Below, piece by piece: positions 37,835 through 48,545 of a DNA stretch of 64,000 nucleotides; the stretch's first letter is position 1; every line of letters starts with the position of its first letter. The notes below the pieces were generated by a model, which saw nothing but the letters and a program-made list of their open reading frames with translations, was not told where the DNA came from and did no database searches. This DNA is from Isurus oxyrinchus (lineage: Eukaryota), in contig JANJGN010000017.1 of assembly GCA_026770705.1 (NCBI GenBank), forward strand, positions 12,524,001 to 12,588,000, given 5' to 3'. The position numbers and the translations under genes are program-made.

Positions 37835-40800
37835 ACTATCTTCAATTTGTACTCAGAAGGTTCTGATTCTAAGCAATTTACCTTATAACTATTTTGAGTT
37901 GCATGATACCTATAGAAAAGTCTTTACAAGCAACAATTTAAACCCTGTTCCATCCATACTCCTATTTTGTTCTCTCCTTGTTCTGTTCAATGTTCAACAT
38001 CTTGTGTGTCAGTAGCCCTCCCATGCCTGAGCCATAGGACATTTTTATACAAGTTTGGACATTATAAAAAATGTATACTGCAGCAGCACCTTTCACAGCA
38101 GTTTGAAGGACCATTTAACCCTTTACTTGACAAAGCACCTTTTTAAGAGTAGTCACTGTTGTAATGTAGGAGATGTGGCAGCCAATGAGTATAGCAATAT
38201 TCCACAAACAACAACATGATAATGATCAGATAGTCTGTTGCAATGATGCTAGCTGAGGCATATGTATGACCAGGACACTGGATTACAGCACTGTTGGCAA
38301 ATGTAATGGTCATACACAAAACTATGTAGGTTTAAATTACAAATGCAATATATAATAGTATCAAAATTAAATTCAGCATTCATCTTCATCTGTCCCATCA
38401 TAGGTTTTCAAACTGGTGCCCACCAGGCCCTCAGCTGTCAGTAAGATCCACAAGGTCATTAGAATTCTGGCTGTCGATCCTCAGGTATACATATCAAGTT
38501 GCGGTCCTGGTGTTTAAAGTAATATTTGATTTAAATTACCTCTGGTGACGTCAACTAATAAGCACTGCACAAGAGCATATTTTTCACCTTTGGTTAACTG
38601 ACTGCAAACAGAGGAACGACAGTATACACATCCATGGACAACGACATGCAAATAACAGTCGTGATTTTTAAAAATAATTACCGGTACTCAAAAAACAACG
38701 CAGATAATCTTTCACACTAAAAGCTCCAATGCTACTGTGCCCATAACCCATACCACTATCAATTTGTGCACAAGATTACCAATTTTAAATTAAGAGGCCA
38801 AGAGAATTCATTGAGGAAACAGTTTCTTCCAGCAAGGCATTATGTTTCCATGGTTGCTTATTTTACATGCCACACAAAAAAAAAAGTTTTCACTTCCCCC
38901 AACATAGGAGAATGCCAAATCAGATGCCTACAGGCAGCGCAATTATTTCCAATCAATCTAATTTCTTACACTGTGCTCAATTACATATATTCTTTTGCAA
39001 ATTCTTGATTGGTTCATACAGGCCTGCCTGTGTTTCTGGGTCAGGTACTCCCACAATGTTTCTTATCTGTATATTTATGCTCAGCCTTGGCATATTTGCA
39101 TAACCGCTTAAAACAAATGCCCGGCACAGAAGATTTATAAAGTCATATGCAAGGAAATCAAGTAAGGTTTAGCTGGCCTATACCTTTACTGAACTTCAAT
39201 TCTGTTACTCAGATCATTATACCCTTCAAATTCATAAAAAGACCTCTGTTACTCCGTCCAACCCCAACAAAGAGTCAGCCAACTGGCTTTGATCTCAACA
39301 TAGTGGAGTTTGCAGTGCAAGGATGGAGTGAACTGGCCCACATCAACAGCCTAGTGCAAGGGTCCTAAAATGATTGTGTATTTAAATTGCATTTACCAAA
39401 ATCAATAAGCATGTTCAATTTGGTTCCAAAACAGCTTGAAAATAACCATCTAAATAGCTGCTATCACTTCACTCACTACACATACAACTAGAATATATTG
39501 AAGTTACAAAAGGCGTTGCCTGGACAGAATGTACTCAGCATATCTCGTCACATCAGTCAATACACAGCAAAGCAATTAATGTCCACCCAAAACCGCCAGT
39601 AGTTTTTGTATGCCATCAACATTCCTTGTATGAACGCTAAGGTACGACTCTCGATTTTATTTGTTAAGACAGTTACGCATTAGTAAATGATCTGCTTTAG
39701 GAATGTTGTTCTCAGTAACAAAATGGCTGCCAATGTCTCCTTTTACAAGTGAGGACTTCCTGAAAATGTATGGGAATAATATATTACACAATTGAATTAA
39801 CATTCTACTTTACCAAATCACTGAAAAAGCAGCACTAAGAATTAAGTGGAATATCAGAAATGTCAAATCCACTTCAGCTTATTTACACAGATGGGAAAAT
39901 TAAGTTCTCCAACTTAGCTACACACAAGTAACCACAATGCAAACAGATCACAAAACATTGAGGAGTAAAGACATACTTGTTCTTATTTCATTCTTCCCCA
40001 AAAATCAAGATAAACCAAGGGTAATATAAAACAAAGTCTTCCACAAAGCGTGCTGCTCAACCCCTTCTCAAACTCTCCCTCAAATCCAAGTTTTGTTGGG
40101 GAAAGAAGTCAGAATCAAAAACAAGATTAAAATAGATCCCATTTAAAATAATGAAATCTCAAATATTCAGTTCACTTGCTGAGAATCAGGGCAGCCCCAA
40201 CCATTCCCAATGCAAACAGTTTGAAAAAGGGAGAAAGGTTTTAAGCTGCTATGGTGTGTGCAGCAAGATTAGAGACGGAAGAACTCCACAAATAAACTAA
40301 GTTCTAAGAGTTGCAATACTTCAAGCCTTCCCAACATGCAAATTTACTGGTACCATTGTCAAGAGACTTGCAAAAATCTCTCTTGTCCAGATGTTTTTAA
40401 ACTACATTAATTTAATTAAACATAGTTGTGGACTAGCACTAGTCTAGCTCTCCCTCCCAGGAAACATTTGCAGTTTGCAGGGCATTCTCTTCCATGGTAT
40501 CTTTCAACACTCACCTTTCTAAAGGTTACTTTAAAAAAGTAAGTTTGAGTCAATTTCTCTGCAACCCACCCAGCATCCCGAAACAAATTTGGGTATTCTC
40601 AAACAAGCCTCAACTTTCCAACAATATTTTTAGATCATCCGTTAGCACATATTTTCTGCTTCCCTTCCCTACTGCTCCCTTCAAGAAGAATTATAGGAAA
40701 AAATGATACTAAGCTCCAGTCTTTCCACCAAAATAAATGCAGGTTGCCGTGTTGCTGTTGTTCCTTTTCTCACAAGTTTCTGCAAAAATTCTCCCAAAAG

Positions 40801-41419
40801 GATGATTCAGAAATGCAAAACAAAACACAGATTGATATGCAGTTACAGGTATTCTCCACTCCCCCCCCCCCCCCCCCCCCCCAACTACTTCAATTTGTAC
40901 TCTGAGAGGCAAACTACTCTGGTCTTTCCAAGAGTAATTAAAACAAAATAAAAAGCAGTACAAAGTGCACCTATTGTCCTCCCTCTGTTGCAATAAGGAA
41001 ATGCTCAAAAAACATCAAGTATGGTTTCACAAAAGATAAAATGAAATGCAGATCAACACATGGCTGTTATGTATTCTCCTTTTTAACTTCCGTGTGGAGG
41101 GAAGTACTGCAGTAGTTTAAAGTCCTCATTCGCTGGAATAAAATCAAAGAGAGCTCTGATGGCAGTTCCTGATCTTCGACCTTCCTCCCCCCCCCCCTTT
41201 AAACTCTGCAACTCTTCCCCCAAAACATATACACACTACTAAACCTGATCCTCAAGGAAATAAAACTGGTACTGAGACACGAGGCTATTTATTCCTTGCT
41301 CTAACTCTGCATGTTAAGCTCCCAGAGAGGAGGAGATGTCTGTTCAAACAACCGAGAGAGAGAGGCGGCGGGGGGGGGGGGGGGGGTAAGGGCAGGATCA
41401 GAAGTGCCGTTTTTCTGGA

Positions 41420-41570
41420 GGATAAAATTGGTTCTCCCTCCCCCCTCCTTTGCAATCTGCAGGAGGGTTCTGGATAAACTTGGCTCTCCCTCTCCCCTCC
41501 TTTGCAATCTGCAGGAGGATTTTGGATAAACTTGGCTCTCCCTCTCCTCTGCAATTTGCAGGAGGGTTTT
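41420..41570. repeat. 52-bp tandem repeat x3 near the start of intron 1
   Basis: GGATAAA...TTGG..CTCCCTC...TGCAAT.TGCAGGAGG units start at 41420, 41472 and 41524. Confidence 0.88.
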
Positions 41571-41774
41571 AGAAAGAAAAATAGGGGTGAAAACTCCTCC
41601 TCCAGAATAAAAAGGTGCAGGACTCTGGAGTTTTTTTTTGGGGGGGGGGGGGGGGCCCAAAGGCAGATGGCAGTGTAAGCGATACCCTCTCCTCCAGCTC
41701 TCTCCTCCCCCCCCCCCCCACCCCCACCCACACCTCGGTCAGGCTGGACGGTGGGAGGAGGGAAGGCTTGATAC

Positions 41775-42257
41775 CTTGACGCAGTCGATCGGGTACATCA
41801 CGCAGTGCTCCAGGACACCGGCCACCGCTCCGGCGATCATATGGGTGGAGGTGGAAGCGGTCTCGGGAAGGCTCTCGTACTCTCCCTCGCTGCTGCTGTT
41901 GCTGCTGCTGTTGTTGCTGTTCTTCTTCTCATCCGAGAAATTGTCCATAATATTTAAAAGACGGCTGGGCGGGGACGGCGGCTTCACCAAGATGTGGAAG
42001 AAAGGTGGCGGGGAGGCGAGGGCTGGCGACGACTTGCGGGCGACGGTGGCCACCACCGAGCCGGCCGCGATGCTGCTGCTGCTGCCGATGCCGATGCCGC
42101 CGCCGCTGCTGCTGCTGCCGATGCCGATGCCGCCGCTGCTGCTGCCGATGCCGTTGCCGCCGCCGCCGCTCGGGGCGTTGGCCTTGCCGTTACCGTTGGC
42201 GATCGCTTCGGCCCGCTCCGGTACTTCGATCCTCACTCCATCATTTTCAAATTCCAT
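41775..42257 (-). CDS. SLC25A28: Mitoferrin-2 (mitochondrial iron carrier), coding exon 1 (161 codons)
   Basis: Translation ends in [36 protein letters not shown], the mitoferrin first carrier repeat with the PxDxxK signature. It is followed by donor AAG|GTATCA at 41775/41774 (phase 0). The first in-frame ATG is at 42257 (MEFENDG); the start assignment is less certain than the exon. Confidence 0.93.
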
Positions 42258-43030
42258 CGGGGAATTAAAGCAAAAATAAATAAACCTCCGGGGCCTGGGG
42301 CTTTTCCCTCGGGTCCTCTCCGTGTGTTTGCGTTTTGCACGCACTTGTACTCGCACTCACTCACTGGCTCCGTTCGACGCTCCGGTCTTTATAAACAGTC
42401 GCCGCCATCCCCCTCCCTCACCCTCACGGTCACCATCCTGCTCCTGGCAGCGGGAGGGAGGCAAAATGGGGGCCGAGGCCCTGTGACGTACCTCGAATTT
42501 CCCAACCCCTCCGCGCGCTCCCTCAACCCAACTTTCGCCCATCCACGTAACCGCACCCCCCCTCCTCCTCCTCCTCCCGCTCCCCGCCCCCCCCCCCTTC
42601 TCTCGCATTCCTCAGACGCGATTGGGTCCGGCCCGATGACGGACGCGGCTCTCTCCCTCCTCATTGGCTTTGGCGGCTGTCGGTCCATCGTCCACGCCCC
42701 CTCCCCCCCGCGCTCCGGCGTCATCGGGCTAGGTGGCCCGCGGGGAGGGACGATTTTTTTTTTCTCGCTCATGCGCGCCTGCGTGCTTTCCGTCGCACTT
42801 TTGACGGGAACTCTCCGCCCCCCCACCTCCCCGCTCCTGTCCGTTTCCCGGGGACTGGATTGGGTGGCTTGGCGCTTTCCCGCCCACCCCTCGCGTTCCC
42901 ATTGGACCCCAGCTGCGTCACTCTGACCAGCGGGTTAGGTTGCGAGCGCGCGGCATGGACGGCCGCGAGGGAAGTATTCCAATCAGTGGCGGGAAAGCCT
43001 GTCACATGATTACTAGCGCCTGCTGGTGTT
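41780..43030 (-). promoter_or_regulatory. CpG-island promoter of SLC25A28
   Basis: The only strongly GC/CpG-rich stretch in the window, overlapping exon 1. Minus-strand CCAAT boxes (ATTGG on + at 42621, 42663, 42859, 42901), GC boxes (~42585, ~42692), CRE-like TGACGTA at 42484, and YY1-like GATGGCGGCG (minus, ~42400-42409). Confidence 0.85.
42361..42393 (-). promoter_or_regulatory. Candidate TATA box plus initiator
   Basis: TATAAAG begins at 42393 on the minus strand. An Inr-like CCAGT has its A at 42365, 28 nt downstream. Spacing is appropriate, but the TSS is not verifiable from sequence. Confidence 0.45.
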
Positions 43031-43486
43031 GCAATAGGGGTTTAAGCGCTTCCTAGCAAGGACAACGGGGAAAGGTCATTCATTGCACTTTCTTTTACAA
43101 GTGTGATTGTGCCTGCAAACCTTGGGTGATTTCCATTATTTTAAAAAGCAAGAACACCAGAAATGTGCAACACTTTGCAATGTCGCAATGTTTCCTTTCC
43201 AGCTTTAAAATCAGAACGAAACCCTTTTCCCAGTCATCACGAAATGAACACTAATGCGCCAATCCTTTGCCCGGTGACGAAATTGGGGAAGTGTTTGGGA
43301 AATGTCACAATTGCAAACCATGCGGAGATTTGCTTATTTTGAACAACAACGTGCGTCAAGTGAGCCTCGCTGTCCCTGTAACGTGTAGGCCTGGCCATTT
43401 CACAAATGTAACATATCATGTGTTTATGACAACAAAAACAGCTGGAAAAACCCAGCAGGTCTGGCAGCATCTGCGGAGAGGAACAC

Positions 43487-43525
43487 AGTTAACGTTTCGA
43501 GTCCGTATGACTCTTCAACAGAACT
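43487..43525 (-). ncRNA. Minimal hammerhead-ribozyme-like motif, array copy 1 (best preserved)
   Basis: Minus strand AGTT-CTGTTGA-A-GAGTC-ATACG-GACTC-GAAAC-GTT-AACT. Helix I is AGUU/AACU, helix II is perfect, GAAA is intact and helix III is palindromic ACGU. The core is CUGUUGA rather than CUGANGA. Confidence 0.65.
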
Positions 43526-44191
43526 AAGTAAAAATAGAAAAGAGGTGAAATATAAGCTGGTTTAAGGGTGGTGGGGGTGGGGGTGGGGCAAATAGAGCTG
43601 GATAGAGGGTCAGTGATAGATGGAGATAGCCAAAAGATGTCATAGACAAAAGGACAAAGAGGTATTGACGGTGGTGATACTATCTAAGGAATGTACTGAA
43701 GGGGAGATTAAGGGTAGAAAGCAGGACGATCAAAGTACAGATAGCCCTAGTGAGGGTGGGGTTGGGTAATTGAAATAGGCTAAAAGATAGAGATAAAACA
43801 ATGGATGGAAATAAATTTAAAAATAATGCAAATAGGTGGGAAAAGAGAAAATGCTGCTTCACTTGAAAGGAGTGTTTGGGCCCTTGGACGTTGAGGAGGG
43901 GGGAAGTAAAGGGGCAGGTGTTGCACCTTCTGCGGTTGCACGAAATAAACATTAATGCACTAATCCTTGCCAGGTGACAAAATTAGGGAAGTGTTAGGGA
44001 ATGTCACAATTGCAAACCATGCGGAGATTTGCTTATCTTGAACAACAACGTGCATCAAGTGAGCCTCGCTGTCTCTGTAACGTGTAGGCCTGGCCATTTC
44101 ACAAATGTAACATATCATGTGTTTATTACAACAAAAACAAAAAAAGCTGGAAAAACTCAGCAGGTCTGGCAGCATCTGCGGAGAGGAACAC

Positions 44192-44230
44192 AGTTAACGT
44201 TTCGACTCCGAATGACCCTTCAACAGAGCT
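44192..44230 (-). ncRNA. Hammerhead-like motif, array copy 2
   Basis: AGCT-CTGTTGA-A-GGGTC-ATTCG-GAGTC-GAAAC-GTT-AACT; mismatches in helices I and II. Confidence 0.5.
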
Positions 44231-45254
44231 AAGTAAAAATAGGTGAAATATAAGCTGGTTTAAGGGTGGGGGTGGTGGTGGTGGGACAGGTAGAGCTGGA
44301 TACAGGGTCAGTGATAGGTGGAGATAGCCAAAAGATGTCACAGACAAAAGGACAAAGAGGTATTGACGTGGTGATATTATCTAAGGAATGTACTAAAGGG
44401 GAGATTAAGGGTAGAAAGCAGGACGATCAAGGTATAGATAGCCCTAGTGGGGGTGGGGTGGGTTAGGGTAATTGAAATAGGCTAAAAGGTAGAGATAAAA
44501 CAATGGATGGAAAAAAAATTAAAAATAATGTAAATAGGTGGGAAAAGAAAAATATATATAAATTATTGGAAAAGGGGATGGGGATGGAGGAGTGAATTCA
44601 TGATCTAAAGTTGTTGAAATCAATATTCAGTCCGGAAGGCTGTAAAGTGCCTAGTTGGAAGATGAGGTGCTGTTCCTCCAGTTTGTGTTGAGCTTCACTA
44701 GAACAATGCAGCAGGCCAAGGACGGACATGTGGGCATGAGAGCAGGGTGGAGTGTTGAAATGGCAAGCGACAGGGAGGTCTGGGTCATGCTTGCAGACAG
44801 ACCGAAGGTGTTCTGCAAAGCGGTCACCCAGTCTGCGTTTGGTCTCTCCAATAGAGGAAACCGCATTGGGAGCAGTGGATGCAGTAGACTAAATTGAGGG
44901 AAGTGCAAGTGAAATGCTGCTTCACTTGAAAGGAGTGTTTGGGCCCTTGGATGGTGAGAAGGGGGGATGTAAAGGGGCAGGTGTTGCACCTTCTGCGGTT
45001 GCACGAAATAAACATTAATGCCCTAATCCTTGCAAGGTGATGAAATTAGGGAAGTGTTTGGGAATGTCACAATTGCAAACCATGTGGAGATTTGCTTATC
45101 TTTGAGAACAACGTACATCAAATGAGCATTGCTGTCCCTGTAACGTGTAGGCCTGGCCATTTCACAAATGTAACATATAATGTGTTTATTACAACAAAAA
45201 CAAAAATACCTGGAAAAACTCAGCAGGTCTGGCAGCATCTGCGGAGAGGAACAC

Positions 45255-45293
45255 AGTTAACGTTTTGACTCCGAATGACCCTTCATCAGAACT
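45255..45293 (-). ncRNA. Hammerhead-like motif, array copy 3
   Basis: AGTT-CTGATGA-A-GGGTC-ATTCG-GAGTC-AAAAC-GTT-AACT. Canonical CUGAUGA, but G12 is changed to A (CpG decay). Confidence 0.5.
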
Positions 45294-46313
45294 AAGTAAA
45301 AATAGAAAGGTGAAATATAAGCTGGTTTAAGGGTGGGGCGTGGTGGTGGTGGTGGGATGGGTAGAGCTGGATAGAGGGCCAGTGATGTGTGGAGATAGCC
45401 AAAAGATGTCATAGACAAAAGGACAAAGAGGTATTGACGGTGGTGATATTATCTAAGGAATGTACTAAAGGGGATACTAAGGGTAGAAAGCAGGACGAGC
45501 AAGGTACAGATAGCCCTAGTGAGGGTGGGGTGGGGTAATCGAAATAGGCTAAAAGGTAGAGATAAAACAATGGATGGAAATAAATTTAAAAATAATGCAA
45601 ATAGGTGGGAAAAGAAAATATAAGTTATCGGAAAAGAGGTTGGGGATGGAGGAGGGAGTTCATGATCTAAAGTTGTTGAACTCAATATTTAGTCCGGAAG
45701 GCTGTAAAGTGCCTAGTCGGAAGATGAGGTGCATTTCCTCCAGTTTGTGTTGAGCTTCACTGGAACATTGCAGCAGGGCAAGGACGGACATGTGGGCATG
45801 AGAGCAGGGTGGAGTGTTAAAATGGCAAGTGACAGGGAGGTCTGGGTCATGCTTGCAGAGACTGAAGGTGTTCCGCAAAGCAGTCACCCAGTCTGCATTT
45901 GGTCTCTCCAATAGAGGAAACCACATTGGGAGCAGCGAATGCAGTAGACTAAATTGAGGGAAGTGCAAGTGAAATACTGCTTCACTTGAAAGGAGTGTTT
46001 GGGCCCTTGGACGTTGAGGAGGGGGGAAGTAAAGGGGCAGGTGTTGTACCTTCTGCGGTTGCACGAAATAAACATTAATGCACTAATCCTTGCTGGGTGA
46101 TGAAATTAGGGAAGTGTTTGGGAATGTTACAATTACAAATCATGTGGAGATTTGCTTATCTTTAAGAACAACGTACATCAAATGAGCGTTGATGTCTCTG
46201 TAAAGTGTAGGCCTAGCAATTTAAAAAATGTAAAAACAATGTGTTTATTATAACAGAAACAAAAATACCTGGAATGACTCAGCAGGTCTGACAGCATCTG
46301 CAGAGAGGAACAC

Positions 46314-46352
46314 AGTTAACGTTTTGAGTCCGTATGACTCTTCATAATAACT
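46314..46352 (-). ncRNA. Decayed hammerhead-like motif, array copy 4
   Basis: AGTT-ATTATGA-A-GAGTC-ATACG-GACTC-AAAAC-GTT-AACT. The core is destroyed; helices are retained. Confidence 0.35.
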
Positions 46353-46748
46353 AGGTAAAAATAGAAAGGTGAAATATAAGCTGGTTTAAGGGTGGGGGGT
46401 GGTAGTGGTGGTGGTGGTGGGACAGGTAGAGCTGGATAGAGGACCAGTGATAGGTGGAGATAGCCAAAAGATGTCTTGGACAAAAGGACAAAGAGGTATT
46501 GACGGTGGTGATATTATCTAAGGAATGTGCTAAAGGGGACATTAAGGGTAGAAAGCAGGATGAGCAAGGTACAGATAGCCCTAGTGGGGGTGGGGTGGGG
46601 TAGGGTAATCGAAATAGGCTAGAAGATAGAGATAAACAATGGATGGAAATAAATTTAAAAATAATGCAAATAGGTGGGTAAAGAAAAATATATATAAATT
46701 ATTGGAAAAAGGGGAGTCGGAAAGGGGGTGGGGACGGAGGAGAGAGTT

Positions 46749-47600
46749 CATGATCTAAAGTTGTTGAACTTAATATTCAGTCCGGAAGGCTGTAAAGTGC
46801 CTAGTCAGAAGATGAGGTGTTGTTCCTCCAGTTTGCATTGAGCTTCACTGGAACGTTACAGCAGGTCAAGGACGGACATGTGGGCATGAGAGCAGGGTGG
46901 AGTGTTGAAATGGCAAGTGACAGGGAGGTCTGGATCATGCTTGCAGACAGACCGAAGATGTTCCACAAAGCGGTCACCCAGTCTGTGTTTGATCTCTCCA
47001 ATGTAGAGGAAACCACATTGGGCGCAGCGGATGCAGTAGTCTAAATTGAGGGAAGTGCAAGTGAAATACTGCTTCACTTGAAAGGAGTGTTTGGGCCCTT
47101 GGACTTTGAGGAGGGGGGAAGTAAAGGGGCATGTGTTGCACCTTCTGCGGTTGCATGAGAAGGTGCCATGGGAAGGGGTTGAGGTGTAGGGGGTGATGGA
47201 GGAGTGGACCAGGGTGTCCCGGAGGGAACGATCCCTGCGGAATGCCGCCAGAGTGGGGTGAAGGGAAGATGTGTTTGGTGGTGGCATCATGCTGGAGTTG
47301 GCGGAAATGGCGGAGGATGATCCTTTGAATGCGGAGGCTGGTGGGGTGATATGTGAGGACAAGGGGGACTCTATCATGGTTCTGGGAGGGAGATGAAGGT
47401 GTGAGGGCGGATGCGTGGGAGATGGGCCAGATACGGTTGAGGGCCCTGTCAACCACCGTGGGTGGAAAACCTCAGCTAAGGAAGAAGGAAAACATGTGAG
47501 AGGAACTGTTTTTGAAAGTGGCATCATCAGAACAGATGCGCCGGAGGCGAAGGAACTGAGAGAATAGGATGGAGTCCTTACAGGAAGTGGGGTGAGAGGA
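46749..47600 (-). pseudogene. Penelope-like RT C-terminus, linker and GIY-YIG endonuclease remnant (frameshifted)
   Basis: VPLVLTYHP...RIILRHF, AFRRDRSLRDTLVHS, CNRRRCNTC, YCIRCAQCGFLYIGEIKHRLGDRFVEH...PVTCHFN (GIY-YIG with CxxC). Confidence 0.9.
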
Positions 47601-47789
47601 CCCCCGTTTATTCCAACCCTCTCTTATTACCATTTGACTGATTTTTTTTTACATAAAGATGGTATGTCCACTATTACAGTTTAAAGTCATAGGTTCATTT
47701 AATCTTGCAGCAAGAAGGAGGTAATTTAATCCATTGAATCTCTACAGCTCTTTTGAAGAGTGAGCTATTCAGTCCTCCCCCACTTTGGC

Positions 47790-48545
47790 AGGAAGAGTGG
47801 AAAGTAAACTATTACTAAATGAAGAGAAAAAGCTGTAGTTCAGAGGGTCTAGGTGTTCTTGTAAATGAAACAAAAAGTTAGCATGCAGGTACAGCACGTA
47901 ATTAGCAAAGATTGGAATGTTGGCCTTTATTGCAAGGAGTATGGAGTATAAAAATAGCAAAGTCATGCTACAACTGTACAGGGTGTTGCTGAAACCATAC
48001 TTTGAGTACTGTGCAGAGTTTTGATCTCATTAAGGAGGGATATACTTGCATTAGAGGCAGTTCAGAAATGCTCACTTTGTTGATTGCTGAGATGAAGAAG
48101 TTGTCTTATGAGGAAAGGTTGCACCGGTTTTCCCCATGCTCACTGGAGTTTGGAAGAATGAGGGGCAATCTTATTGAAAGATATAAAATTTTGAGAGGGG
48201 TTGACAAGGTAGACGCTGACAGGATGTTTCCCCTCGCGGGCAGGTTATCTCGAATTATGGAGCACAGTTTCAGAATAAGGGATTTCCCATTTAAGTCAGA
48301 GAAGAGGAGGAATTTCTTCTTTCAGATGGTCGTGAATATTTGAAATTCTCTACCCTTGTGGAGGCTGAGTCTTTGAATATATTCAAGGCTGAGATAAAAA
48401 TATTTTTGAACTATAGAGGAGTCAAGTGTTATAAGGAACAGGCAGGAAAGGGGAATTGAGGCCAACATTCAAATATTGAATGGTGGAGCAGGCTTGAAGA
48501 GCCTTATGGCCAACTCCTGTTCTTTTGTTCTATGTTCTCATGTTC
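47790..48545 (+). mobile_element. CR1 3' fragment
   Basis: LSYEERLHR...RMRGNLIERYKILRG...RRNFFFQ, plus the CR1 3' UTR. Confidence 0.85.

Larger units (their letters stand above)
43238..47600 (-). mobile_element. Tandem array (4 units) of a Neptune-type Penelope-like element 3' end plus ~190 bp of flanking DNA
   Basis: Units start with CACGAAAT at 43238, 43939, 45002 and 46062. Lengths are 701 (internal deletion), 1063 and 1060 bp, and the last unit runs on into the ORF. Repeated CNRRRCNTCPF...FTCTSLNL translations. Confidence 0.92.

Noticed and set aside
38546-38553. Perfect CRE palindrome TGACGTCA in intron 1
   Set aside because: A single 8-mer in 64 kb is compatible with chance, and there is no supporting motif cluster.
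42258-42356. GTG-initiated N-terminal extension given by the ORF track
   Set aside because: More simply explained as 5' UTR, since ATG 42257 gives an ME- start like other mitoferrins.
42350-42375. Possible iron-responsive element (C-GGAGC-CAGUGA on the minus strand)
   Set aside because: The loop and bulged C are present, but the 3' side (GUGAG) does not pair with GGAGC, so no IRE stem forms.
41994-42926. 310-aa plus-strand ORF with poly-Ala, and overlapping ORFs 41638-42279 and 42005-42268
   Set aside because: Antisense read-out of the GC-rich triplet repeats of exon 1 and the CpG island. Stop-codon scarcity explains the length, and there is no recognisable domain.
43238-47600. CRISPR-like or prokaryotic repeat system
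   Set aside because: Units are ~1 kb with no unique spacers and no cas genes, and the window is vertebrate DNA.
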